Shown: piece after piece, positions 8,202-17,608 of the stretch
Layout: every line of letters begins with the position of its first letter
Numbering within the stretch: the stretch's first letter is position 1
The notes under the pieces: generated by a model
Databases searched by the model: none
What the model was told of the DNA's origin: nothing
Seen by the model: the letters and a program-made list of their open reading frames with translations, nothing else
NCBI GenBank assembly: GCA_002683135.1
Contig: NYSS01000182.1
Coordinates: 14,005-78,004 of the forward strand
Reading direction: 5' to 3'
From: Planctomycetota bacterium
GTDB lineage: Bacteria; Planctomycetota; GCA-002687715
Length of the DNA stretch: 64,000 bases
Position numbers and translations under genes: made by a program

Positions 8202-9506
8202 TTAGTTGAACTGGTGCCTTGCGACTTCATCGTATTCATAACCATCCATTTCCAAGTCAAATCCGATAGTGACATTCTCAGGAACATTCTGCGTGTATTC
8301 AATATTGAAGTAATCACTATTCTCCTGTGACTCAATTATTTTTGAAGCAACCTTTATGCTCATCTCAGTTACACTATCATCATCCATTTCAGCGAGAAGC
8401 TCAGGTTCAGCAATTAATTGCTCAACAATTTCTGCAGAAGCGGTTGCAAAAAGATAAGGAGACTTCAACGAATTGACGCCTTGCGCCAACCTACTTACTG
8501 TATTTTCGTCAACACCACCGTCCAATATTGATTTTGTAAACTGGGCTATTTGTGGATCTTGAATATTACCTAACAGGGCCTCATCATTTTTCTCTACAGC
8601 ACTGTACATTGCACCCATATCTTTAAAGAGATCTTGTTGACTGTCCGTATAAAAATCTAATGAGCTGACATATGAATTATATACATCGGTGTAGTTCTGA
8701 AGCTCAGACAACATACCATCTTCGATGATCTGCTTAGATGACTCAAAAAAACCCACTGCTTCAGCTTTCGTTTCGATAAACGCGTTATCCATCAGATTTG
8801 CATCGTGTGCAATGTAATCCGTACTGTGAAAAAGTTCGTGCTGAATGATGTTGTATAGCATCGCACCGGTTGTGTATTCATTTAGCTTACCGCTATCCGC
8901 TTCATCCTCTAGGCCGTTAAACAAAGACATCATTCCAGTTTTACTAATTACTGCAATTGGGACCGTATCCTGTTTGCTTTCATCCTGAAGAACAAAAGCG
9001 GCTAAACCTTCCCCCGATTTAAGCGCAGAGTGTTGCTCAGCAAGACTTTCAATATAATCCGCATTATCCTGGCCATTGAAGAATTTTTCATTTTCCAGCT
9101 TATTTACGTCATCGAGAGATTGAACAACTAACACTTTGTTTCCATTTTCATCGATACAAAGGCAGTTTTCATTGAAAAGATCACCCAAGAGGACTGATTC
9201 ACCGGTCTCAAAATCATGATAGCCAGTTTCTTTTTCTAACCAGCTTGCACTTGGGCCTATGTCCGACGATGAGTAACCTTTTAACTCATCCGCGAGTAGA
9301 TTGTAATTTGTTTGAGAGAGTTTAGTTAAATTTGGCGTGTCGAGTTCTGATGTTAAATCATCAATTGCTACCTGAGAATCGACCACTTCGAATTCTATTG
9401 ATTGGAAACCACCAGCGTCAGCACTGTCTATAATTGCGACTTCCTGCGCAAATGCCGTACTGGAAAGAAGGGCCGTAGTAAGTAAAACGTTATTAATTAT
9501 CTTCAT
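8202..9506 (-). CDS. secreted acidic protein with HExxH motif (putative zinc metalloprotease)
   Basis: Signal peptide ending AFAQE; IIQHELFHSTD. Confidence 0.5.
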   Translation of the reverse strand: MKIINNVLLTTALLSSTAFAQEVAIIDSADAGGFQSIEFEVVDSQVAIDDLTSELDTPNLTKLSQTNYNLLADELKGYSSSDIGPSASWLEKETGYHDFETGESVLLGDLFNENCLCIDENGNKVLVVQSLDDVNKLENEKFFNGQDNADYIESLAEQHSALKSGEGLAAFVLQDESKQDTVPIAVISKTGMMSLFNGLEDEADSGKLNEYTTGAMLYNIIQHELFHSTDYIAHDANLMDNAFIETKAEAVGFFESSKQIIEDGMLSELQNYTDVYNSYVSSLDFYTDSQQDLFKDMGAMYSAVEKNDEALLGNIQDPQIAQFTKSILDGGVDENTVSRLAQGVNSLKSPYLFATASAEIVEQLIAEPELLAEMDDDSVTEMSIKVASKIIESQENSDYFNIEYTQNVPENVTIGFDLEMDGYEYDEVARHQFN

Positions 9507-9531
9507 GATCGGCCCTTAATGAATTGATTAT

Positions 9532-9771
9532 TTAAGTGAACAACCCTCTATTAAGGAATTTCCCTTTGAGCAATTCTTCACCATGTTTAATGACAATTTC
9601 GCAAACTTTTTGGTCGGCTAACTTTTTCGAAATAGCCTTATTAGTTAGCTTGAACTTTTCAGAAAATAAGATGAAAGCCTTATTTTTCATTACAACAAGG
9701 ATCTCATCACCAGTAACATCATAAAAAAGTTCTGAGTTCGACTGAAAGTTGAACTCATTCACTTCAAGCAT
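9532..9771 (-). CDS. hypothetical protein (79 aa)
   Basis: The track ORF (to 9891) runs through promoter-like AT-rich DNA containing the TGCATAA/TTATGCA dyad. Internal ATG 9771 with AGAGGA upstream is preferred. Confidence 0.35.
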   Translation of the reverse strand: MLEVNEFNFQSNSELFYDVTGDEILVVMKNKAFILFSEKFKLTNKAISKKLADQKVCEIVIKHGEELLKGKFLNRGLFT

Positions 9772-9918
9772 GAGAAAGATTAATCCTCTTTCTTCTTTAT
9801 ACTTCACATTTTTTATGGTGTGACTTTCTAGTCGTTTCTTGTCCAAATCTATCTCCTTAAATATTATGCATAAATAATAGCACTTATGCAAAAATAAAGT
9901 GACGCGGCTTCTCTTATG

Positions 9919-10254
9919 TCACCCTAACGTTTCTTGAAAACACTTATGCTGCTCGCCGAACACTTCGATATCACCCGCGTTTTCGTAAGACATCATAGCA
10001 ATTCTGAGTGCTATGTTATTTCCACTATGCAACTGATTGTATAACCATCCTACACAATGACTTTTTTCTGTCTCGTGACACGCCATCACCTTCAACTCAG
10101 TGTTTTGCAGTTGCCCTTCAATGTCATTTGGATCTGCAATGGTGCTAATGAGTTCCTTGTGCTTTTCAATGCTGTATCCATTCGGAATATCGTTAGGATT
10201 TACCGCCACTTTCCATGGGCACTTCCGGCATTGTTTTACTCTTTCTAATTTCAT
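9919..10254 (-). CDS. small Cys-rich CPW-motif protein (resembles DUF6283-type partners of MTases)
   Basis: CRKCPW...MACHETEKSHCVGW; ATG 10254 with GGGGG RBS, 6 nt after the MTase stop. Confidence 0.5.
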   Translation of the reverse strand: MKLERVKQCRKCPWKVAVNPNDIPNGYSIEKHKELISTIADPNDIEGQLQNTELKVMACHETEKSHCVGWLYNQLHSGNNIALRIAMMSYENAGDIEVFGEQHKCFQETLG

Positions 10255-10259
10255 TTGAA

Positions 10260-11666
10260 TTACCCCCAAGGAATGTTAAGTCTATCCATGTCGGCTTTAT
10301 TAATTTGCGTTGTGCCGTTGATCGTTCTCATTACTGCTTGTGCTTCGTCACTTGATAGAAATTCGACAAGTGCTTTTCCTTCGACTTCCGACAGTGGCTC
10401 GCCCATTTTATGAATGTACTGTACGTGATTTTCTAAAGCCACTACATCGTCATCTATAGTTGCCCTAGACAACCAGGCTGGCATTAAGCGTTTAGGTTCA
10501 TCGCCATCATTACTAGAAATTCTTTTCAATACTACGTAACCACCTGACGTCGGTAAACTAAGTCTATTCTTACTGTTTGTTTCTAAAAATCGAGGTTTCT
10601 TTTTCTCGCCCCAGGTCCAGTTTCCGGCATTATCAAAGTCAGAAGAATAAACAATTTTTGTTGTAAGGTGACCACTTTGTCGATGTAGCTCAAGTTTACC
10701 CGTACTCAATCTGTATCCGGCATCAGGAAATGTCCTATTGCGCTTCTGATTTTTGAGGTAAAGATGGATATCTTTCACTGTCCTTGGTAGCGACCAATGT
10801 GATTCGTTTAGAATATCTGCTGAAGGCAGCACTAAATCGTATTCAGGCTTAGAGTCTGGATCTTTTGCCACCGTGATACGAATGCGGCCAACCTGCTTAC
10901 GTTTACGTGCATAGAAGAGGATATTTTCTTGTAAAACGTTTTTGAAGCACGAACGAGATTTGTATAGTGTAATGTGTTCAATACTAAGATTTTCCATCAG
11001 AAATTTACGGAAATCCTTAAAATAAGCGCCTGAACAAAAGCTGCGGGGTAACACCGCAAGTAAATGCCCATCATCAGCAACCCATTTAGCGGCTAGCACC
11101 ATAAATGCTGAGTACAAATTGGGTGACGATATACCATGTTTCTTTAGCAATAAAGAAAGAGGTTCTTTACTGCTTAGTTTATTGTAGGGTGGGTTAGTGG
11201 TAATAAAATCCGGTTTCGAAAGCCCGTCAATCTCCCCACGCTCTAATAAACTCTTTGCATGTACCGTGAAATCACTTTGTATTTCGTAGTCAGAATTTGA
11301 TTCTGCTTGAGATGAGAAGAACGACCAAGCTCTACTTAAATCATCATGCAATCTTTGATCTGTTTCAAAGCCGTATATGGAAAAATGTTTCGATAAATTT
11401 TGGTTTTGAAGTCTGCTCGCAAGAGCGGCTGATAGAATACCTGTCCCGGCACCTGGGTCACCTATAACTGATTTTGCTGAAACATTTGGAGAAGACATTA
11501 CAGATAATTGGACTGCCATCGACAATGGCGTGAAATGTTGCCCTCTCAATTTCTTTTCTACAGGGCTCGTTGCATTTCTCCAATAATCACTATTGGAATC
11601 TATTCTTGCTAAGAGTTCAGAGTATTCATCTTTACAGACGCTATTACTGACAAGGTTGTATTTCAC
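10260..11666 (-). CDS. N6-adenine DNA methyltransferase (Eco57I/N6_Mtase-like), orphan
   Basis: Motif I GDPGAGTGIL, motif IV TTNPPY. GTG start 11 nt after the PK leader. No adjacent nuclease. Confidence 0.8.
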   Translation of the reverse strand: MKYNLVSNSVCKDEYSELLARIDSNSDYWRNATSPVEKKLRGQHFTPLSMAVQLSVMSSPNVSAKSVIGDPGAGTGILSAALASRLQNQNLSKHFSIYGFETDQRLHDDLSRAWSFFSSQAESNSDYEIQSDFTVHAKSLLERGEIDGLSKPDFITTNPPYNKLSSKEPLSLLLKKHGISSPNLYSAFMVLAAKWVADDGHLLAVLPRSFCSGAYFKDFRKFLMENLSIEHITLYKSRSCFKNVLQENILFYARKRKQVGRIRITVAKDPDSKPEYDLVLPSADILNESHWSLPRTVKDIHLYLKNQKRNRTFPDAGYRLSTGKLELHRQSGHLTTKIVYSSDFDNAGNWTWGEKKKPRFLETNSKNRLSLPTSGGYVVLKRISSNDGDEPKRLMPAWLSRATIDDDVVALENHVQYIHKMGEPLSEVEGKALVEFLSSDEAQAVMRTINGTTQINKADMDRLNIPWG

Positions 11667-11749
11667 TGTATTTTCCTACCCCTGACTGGACCGAGGTGCA
11701 TCGATATAAAACTATATTACTACTTTTTATTTGTGCGCACAAATTTAAT
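11667..11749 (-). promoter_or_regulatory. class-A promoter/operator + PK leader (minus strand)
   Basis: GTGCGCAC 11733-11740; ATATTA 11714-11719 (= -10 TAATAT). S2 GAGGT 11693-11697/ACCCC 11678-11682. Weak -35. Confidence 0.7.
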
Positions 11750-12059
11750 TAGGGTAATAATATAGAATTATCTCCCAGTACCTGATATTTGCAATTTGAT
11801 GATGACTGTATTGTTCATGAACTTGACGCTGATCATGTAGCAATCCCAAACCAGTAATTAAATAACCTTAATGATATTAGAGGGCCCTTAAATGGCAATT
11901 TGGCACATTATCGATCACTTTAACGTCCCTTGATAACTGCAATCAATGTTGCATATCTATTAATAAATATGTATAAAACGCTTGCATGGACGTCTTCAGA
12001 AAATTTATTAAACATTTTGGAAAACCATTCCCCAACAACATTACCCTTAAAGGAAAACC

Positions 12060-12467
12060 ATGATAAAAAAATTGACAAGTTTTGGTGCATTGCTGTGCCT
12101 TTCATTTACTGCGTTTGCTGATGTATCCGTCATCATTAATAAGAGCAACACAAATCAGTTGGATAAAGAAGAAATTGTCAAAATTTTCTTAGGTAAATCG
12201 CAAGCGTTCCCTGATGGGAATACTGTAATTCCAGTTAATTTGACCAGCTCTGAAACACGTAGTGAATTCGACTCGAATATATTGGGTCGTAGCTCGTCAC
12301 AAATCAATGCGTATTGGTCAAAGGCAATTTTCACCGGGGCAGGTAACCCCCCAAAAGAAGTTACCTCGGAATCCGAGTTGCTCAAGCTGGTGGCAAACAA
12401 TCCAAATGTCATAGGCTATGTCGATTCAAACCTGGTTGACGATTCAGTAAAAGTTATTAATTTATAA
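12060..12467 (+). CDS. small PstS-like periplasmic substrate-binding protein
   Basis: Signal peptide; IFLGK...W.DG...IPV and NPNVIGYVD motifs typical of short phosphate-binding-like proteins. Confidence 0.55.
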   Translation: MIKKLTSFGALLCLSFTAFADVSVIINKSNTNQLDKEEIVKIFLGKSQAFPDGNTVIPVNLTSSETRSEFDSNILGRSSSQINAYWSKAIFTGAGNPPKEVTSESELLKLVANNPNVIGYVDSNLVDDSVKVINL

Positions 12468-12473
12468 GGTTAA

Positions 12474-13637
12474 ATGATGAAAAAAACTCTTCTTGCAACA
12501 AGCATTCTGGCAGCAACACTCTTAGCGCCAATTACCGCCAGCGCAGATATCCGCATTAATGGCTTCGCAAACTTTGTTGCCGGGGCCACAACGAATGATG
12601 ATGAATCATTCAACAACTACACTGGCGATATCGATTACTCAAATGACAGTCTCTTCGCGCTTCAGGTTTCTAGCGACATCAACAGTAGAATGACCGCGAC
12701 GGCTCAAATTCTTGCGCGTGGTAATAATGACTATAATGCTGAACTTGAGTGGGCTTATATCAGTTACGCCGGTGACAACGATATGACCTATACCGCTGGT
12801 CGTTTTCGCATGCCATTGTTTGCTTACTCTGCATCACTTGACGTTGGTTATTCATACCACTGGTTAACAGCGCCGCAGTTGGTCTATGATGTCCCGTACC
12901 GAAACATGGATGGCCTCAAAATTAACAAAGCATTTTCAGGCTTAGGTTTCGATTACAATCTTGCCCTTTCTCACGGAAACGTATCTGGTGAAGCATTAGG
13001 CACGGAGGTTACGGTTGATCAAACAACGCTTCTATCTCTTGAGGCTACTAACTTTGAATGGACCGCTCGCGCCGTTTATGGGTTTGGTGATGTAACATTA
13101 GATCTGAACAACACAGATCCGCTTTTGCAGCAACTCTCTGACTTTAACCAAGCGGTGAATGCTTATGGTTTTGCCGAACTTGGTTCCAACATTTTAGTAG
13201 AAGACGATCAAGGTACATTCGTTGGAGCTAGCCTTTTTTATGACAACAGTAAATTCTTTGCCGGTGCCGAATTTACTGTTACGGATCTTGAAAACAGTTT
13301 TACTAGTAAAGATACTGCGTACTACTTAACAGGCGGTTATCGCTTCGGTAAGTGGACCACGGCTTTAACTTATGAAAACTTCGAAAGTGAAGGTGATGTT
13401 AACTACTTAGATGACATCAATGAATTGGCAGCGATTGATGATTTTTCTCAACAACTTGCTTTGTTTGCAGCAGGGGTTCAGGCCGGGCAAATTTCTGAGA
13501 CCGAATCAATTACTGCGACGGTTCGCTACGAAGCAGCTCGCAGCACAGCCATAACGCTAGAATCTAACCACGTTAACGATAAATTGACAGACGATACAGC
13601 GACTCTTGTAAGACTTGGCGTAAGTTACGTCTTTTAG
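12474..13637 (+). CDS. outer-membrane porin
   Basis: Signal peptide ending ITASA; alternating beta-strand pattern; C-terminal ...GVSYVF. Confidence 0.65.
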   Translation: MMKKTLLATSILAATLLAPITASADIRINGFANFVAGATTNDDESFNNYTGDIDYSNDSLFALQVSSDINSRMTATAQILARGNNDYNAELEWAYISYAGDNDMTYTAGRFRMPLFAYSASLDVGYSYHWLTAPQLVYDVPYRNMDGLKINKAFSGLGFDYNLALSHGNVSGEALGTEVTVDQTTLLSLEATNFEWTARAVYGFGDVTLDLNNTDPLLQQLSDFNQAVNAYGFAELGSNILVEDDQGTFVGASLFYDNSKFFAGAEFTVTDLENSFTSKDTAYYLTGGYRFGKWTTALTYENFESEGDVNYLDDINELAAIDDFSQQLALFAAGVQAGQISETESITATVRYEAARSTAITLESNHVNDKLTDDTATLVRLGVSYVF

Positions 13638-13670
13638 TCATTTGTAGAAATTACTTATAATTGTTAATTA

Positions 13671-13692
13671 AAAAGGCGGTTACCGCCTTTTT
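13671..13692 (+). terminator. rho-independent terminator of porin gene
   Basis: AAAAGGCGG-tta-CCGCCTTTTT. Confidence 0.7.
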
Positions 13693-13693
13693 A

Positions 13694-14142
13694 ATTTAAA
13701 ATCACCAAAACGGTGAAACATTTTTATCGATATCCGTGCTACGCACCTCTATCATTTAAAATCACCTAATGCGGTGACTCACTTAGCATGATTAAAGTCT
13801 CTCAAATGTGATTTCTTCTAAATCACCTATGCGGTGACTCACTTTATCGGTATCTTTCACGCTTATTTTTGCAACTTCTAAATCACCTATACGGTGACTC
13901 ACTTAGCATGATTAAAGTCTCTCAAATGTGATTCCTTCTAAATCACCTATGCGGTGAATCACGTGTGCTTTACTTCAGTTAATGAAGGCATGCACTTCTA
14001 AATCACCTATGCGGTGAATCACACGCTTTAGCGTTGAAAGCGTTATCTTTAATTCTTTTAAATCACCTATGCGGTGACTCACGTATTACAATAACTCGCG
14101 ACGCAACGCCGATTCTTCTAAATCACCTATGCGGTGACTCAC
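13694..14142 (-). CRISPR. CRISPR array: 8 repeats (6 canonical 28-nt, 2 degenerate distal) and 7 spacers (six of 32 nt, distal one 33 nt)
   Basis: Canonical repeats end at 13842, 13902, 13962, 14022, 14082 and 14142 (60-nt period). Minus-strand repeat GTGAGTCACCGCATAGGTGATTTAGAAG has type I-F-like architecture. Degenerate repeats 13694-13720 and 13754-13782 lie distal to the AT-rich leader. Confidence 0.95.
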
Positions 14143-14238
14143 TGAAACAAGTTCTCTTATTTTTTAATTAAAATAAAGGGTTAAATAAAAATACGCTAAA
14201 AATCATTATTTTTAACGAAAAAAATAAGTCATTGTTTT
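14143..14238 (-). promoter_or_regulatory. CRISPR leader (AT-rich)
   Basis: 96-nt A/T-rich segment between the csf3 stop and the first canonical repeat. Repeat degeneracy increases away from it. Confidence 0.5.
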
Positions 14239-14940
14239 TTATATTAAATTTACTGGCATATAACAAAGGGTTTTTGTGCCAATATCCCAATAGGGAGGCC
14301 TCAGTGGAGATGATACTGATATATCTCCTTTTTCTTCAAAAGGTTTTACCCGTTTTTTCCACAATTCATTAGCTTCACTACAAACTTCAATCTCAACCTG
14401 CTTGATGAAGCCAAATCCCATACGATGAAGTTTTCCCAAATGAGTAAGGTGCCCGGACGATAAAGCTTCTTCTATAAGCGCTTTGTCACCAATACAATAT
14501 GCTTCCATCTTATCAACATAGGTAATGTTGTGATATACAAGCGCATTACGTTGATGACCGCGGTTAAAATCTAATTGACCAGCATGACTCATCTTCTCTA
14601 ACGAAGCTGCTTGACGCTTTAATTGGATCTGATTGTTCTTCACTGCTGATGCGATAGACGCCTTATCATGCCTGTTTGTATAAAAACGTGATGAATGCGT
14701 TAAATCTCCAACTGGCTGCAGCGCAGAGGCTTTATATATCCAACCTTCGCCGTCACCGTGACGTTCAAATGGTAAATCATCGGCAAGTGCCAGCAGAGCT
14801 TTTCGTGAGTGCGGCTCTTCTAATGTAATCAACCCTTTTTGCGTGTTGATATAAGCGATTAACGCATCCAAATGCAGCGGGTATTTAGGCAGACAAATTG
14901 CGCTACCTAACTCAAATGTAATCTTAAGCGGTTCCATCAT
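14239..14940 (-). CDS. csf3: type IV Cas5-family protein Csf3
   Basis: 233 aa; N-terminal KITFEL...PLHLDALIAYI; last gene before the array, in csf order. Confidence 0.7.
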   Translation of the reverse strand: MMEPLKITFELGSAICLPKYPLHLDALIAYINTQKGLITLEEPHSRKALLALADDLPFERHGDGEGWIYKASALQPVGDLTHSSRFYTNRHDKASIASAVKNNQIQLKRQAASLEKMSHAGQLDFNRGHQRNALVYHNITYVDKMEAYCIGDKALIEEALSSGHLTHLGKLHRMGFGFIKQVEIEVCSEANELWKKRVKPFEEKGDISVSSPLRPPYWDIGTKTLCYMPVNLI

Positions 14941-14943
14941 TGG

Positions 14944-16059
14944 CTACCCTTTTAATTTATCTTTACCACGCTTGATGGCAACTTCACGTGGTGTAAAGTA
15001 ATCAATCATTTCTTCTTTATCGATAGCCTGAATAGCTTCATGCGCTTCGGCAGTCAATGAAGAAAGTGATGTGTAATCAAATGAGAAGTGTTCACCCTGG
15101 TATAGCTCATCAACAATAGTCTCACTAATGTCCAATGCCGGTAAGTCAGCATGAATTGCACTGATTTTGAAGCGACCAAATCCAGTTCGGCCCCAGCCAC
15201 CCAGATAATTAACGTTCGCCAAGTCTTCAAGCGCAACTAATAGAGCGCCAACTTGTGCTTCTGTTAAATCAGGAGAGACATCAATTCTAAAGTGCATATC
15301 AACGCCTGCACAGATTGATTCAACACCCAGTATGTTGCCTAACGTTAGTTTTTTTGCAACATCTTCACCTTTACTCTTCTGGGTTTTACGTTCTTGCTGG
15401 TTCTTCGACACTCCTTCAAGGTAATCTGCAATCGCGCTTTCACCACCCTCTACATTTTGTGTAACATCAACGATGTTATTACCACGAGAAATATCGTCTA
15501 CTTTGATAAAACTACGACGCTCAACGATTTGATAAGGCTGAAGCTGTTTTACATCACCGTCGATTCCAAAGTTTTGCTTCTCTATGATCTCTTGTACTAA
15601 TGCAAGTGGTGCCTGTACTACACCATTTTCCACTGTTGAATTCAGGATCGGATGAATATCACTTACTGCATATCGTGATTCCAACATGCGAGACCCACCA
15701 CCGAATACGCCCATATAAATATGCTCAGATGCGCGTACTAATTCCTCAATCGAAGAGTTAGCCTTGTCTGGTTGCGTATGTGATGACCCAGATTGCAAAG
15801 CAATATGCGTTTCAAGTGATAATTGACCTTGCGTGCTGACCATTGCATCTATTGCTCGCTTTGCAATGTAACGACGGAAACGACCTCGTAAACCATTGGC
15901 CGGGAAGTAAGGAACATTGTTGCCATTAATTCGTTTCTTTACCGTCAATGTTGTGTTGTTCTCATCAGCACCATCTGGGTACGCCACATTCCAATTGCTG
16001 GTGGTTTTCAGGATCACATGAATTGCGTTATTTTGTACGTGGAATTTAGTCATAGTCAT
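14944..16059 (-). CDS. csf2: type IV Cas7-family protein Csf2
   Basis: 371 aa RAMP protein; PANGLRGRFRR and GVFGGGSRM motifs. Confidence 0.8.
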   Translation of the reverse strand: MTMTKFHVQNNAIHVILKTTSNWNVAYPDGADENNTTLTVKKRINGNNVPYFPANGLRGRFRRYIAKRAIDAMVSTQGQLSLETHIALQSGSSHTQPDKANSSIEELVRASEHIYMGVFGGGSRMLESRYAVSDIHPILNSTVENGVVQAPLALVQEIIEKQNFGIDGDVKQLQPYQIVERRSFIKVDDISRGNNIVDVTQNVEGGESAIADYLEGVSKNQQERKTQKSKGEDVAKKLTLGNILGVESICAGVDMHFRIDVSPDLTEAQVGALLVALEDLANVNYLGGWGRTGFGRFKISAIHADLPALDISETIVDELYQGEHFSFDYTSLSSLTAEAHEAIQAIDKEEMIDYFTPREVAIKRGKDKLKG

Positions 16060-16065
16060 TTCCGC

Positions 16066-16839
16066 TTATTTAATATTTGCTGTTCTAACAGGTTCAGGCA
16101 GCTCTAAATTCTCAGTTAGAACGAAATCAAGTGCGTAGGCTTCGCTGCTCGTGAGAGATAAGAGTTGTTTAACATGCGCTTGCATTTCAGGCATGAGTTC
16201 TACGACCTCATTAACCCATTGATAAAGTTCGCTTTGACCAACACGCTGACCTTTCATGTCACAAAATGACAAAGCAGTACGCATTGGTTTCCTTTTAATA
16301 GCTTTTTTGGCGTGCAAAGCTTTGTGCGCTTCAATCAGAGATATAGTTGCTTCAAGACCATCTTGAATTTTCTGTGTTCTAATTTTATGGACATCTTCGC
16401 CGAGTCTAAAGAACACAACATCTTTCGAATAGTTAACGGGTGATCGCCAGGCTACATGCTGAGATTTCGATACTTGAAGATAAAACGTAAAAGGTGGCTC
16501 TGGTGGATTTAAAAACCAGTATCCCCGGTGCACGCGCTTTAAGCATGGATAGAGTCCATCTGCAGTAACGACAGCGCTACCCCATCTAAAGATGAATTCT
16601 TTCTCATCCATGATGGCTGCACAGTGTAGGCAACGATAAGGTGCATGCGGATCAAAAATGACATTTTCGACGGTGAAGGATTTCGTTAGCATCAAAAAAT
16701 CAACCATATCGCCTTCATCATGGGGTTTACCACAAATACCGCAGTGTCCAGTTGTTTCAGCTTCAACACCTTGAGGAAGGGAATCTGCTAAGCCTGCGCC
16801 TTTAATAACGAGTTCTGAGGGATATATTAAATCGGGCAT
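16066..16839 (-). CDS. csf1: type IV Cas8-like protein Csf1 (zinc-finger)
   Basis: 257 aa; HCGICG...CLHCA CxxC pairs; position between cas6 and csf2. Confidence 0.7.
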   Translation of the reverse strand: MPDLIYPSELVIKGAGLADSLPQGVEAETTGHCGICGKPHDEGDMVDFLMLTKSFTVENVIFDPHAPYRCLHCAAIMDEKEFIFRWGSAVVTADGLYPCLKRVHRGYWFLNPPEPPFTFYLQVSKSQHVAWRSPVNYSKDVVFFRLGEDVHKIRTQKIQDGLEATISLIEAHKALHAKKAIKRKPMRTALSFCDMKGQRVGQSELYQWVNEVVELMPEMQAHVKQLLSLTSSEAYALDFVLTENLELPEPVRTANIK

Positions 16840-17531
16840 TGGGTGTGCTTCCCTTTATTAACGAAATAAACAAGGCCATAGCCTCGTGACTGCAAGTGGC
16901 CAGCTTGCCAAATACCTTCAAGTCTTACTTGCATAGCAAATGTTGCTCTTACTTTTGCTACCGCTTTTTGCCCACCGTTTCTAAATTTTACTGATTCACC
17001 GGAACGACGTGATTCCAAGACCATAATATTGAGATCATCATCCGTGAAAGGTGAATCAATAACACCTTTATCAAATGCATCTTCGAACATAGCTATTACA
17101 TGACGCTTCACTAGATCTGCAGCGGATTCAACGACACCGGTTTCAGATTCCCTGCGCTTATCCCGCTGATCAATAAGTCCGGTAAGTCGATAGACATTCG
17201 GCTCATCTGTTAATACAGCTCGCTTATCTTTCTCACCTACACGCGTATCAGGGCTAAAGCCTTTTCCCATGAGAAAACTAATTGCCGGTGCGACAACTTG
17301 AGTTGTCATCAACGGATCGTTATCACTGACAAAGCCAACCCAACCAAGCCCACCAATAAATCGGTTTTCAGGCCGATTACAATTAGTCTTCGTTTCAGTG
17401 AGATAGTTAAACAAACCCGGTTTGCTTTGAAACATCTGCCCATCCAACCCTTTTGCTACTGCCTCACGCATTTCATTAGCATGGATGTATGTACCAGCCG
17501 GGAGGGTGAACTTTACGAATGTCTGTTGCAT
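16827..17531 (-). CDS. cas6: Cas6-family crRNA endoribonuclease (Csf5/Cas6)
   Basis: 234 aa; C-terminal glycine-rich GHLQSRGYGLV loop; first gene of the csf operon. Confidence 0.6.
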   Translation of the reverse strand: MQQTFVKFTLPAGTYIHANEMREAVAKGLDGQMFQSKPGLFNYLTETKTNCNRPENRFIGGLGWVGFVSDNDPLMTTQVVAPAISFLMGKGFSPDTRVGEKDKRAVLTDEPNVYRLTGLIDQRDKRRESETGVVESAADLVKRHVIAMFEDAFDKGVIDSPFTDDDLNIMVLESRRSGESVKFRNGGQKAVAKVRATFAMQVRLEGIWQAGHLQSRGYGLVYFVNKGKHTQCPI

Positions 17532-17608
17532 GTTGCTTGACCATAATTGAAGATTAATCTAAGGTTATTCTCATGAATTTATAAAGTCAACTCCATAGGA
17601 ATGAACTT

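Noticed and set aside
13721-13753. The oldest spacer contains ACGCACCTC, a 9-nt match to the conserved leader (GACGCACCTCGG). This would hint at type IV-A crRNA targeting of the leaders.
   Set aside because: Only 9 contiguous nucleotides match (plus 3 scattered ones), far short of a 32-nt protospacer. The spacer lies between the two degenerate repeats and is probably not processed. I treat it as coincidence unless a full search shows otherwise.
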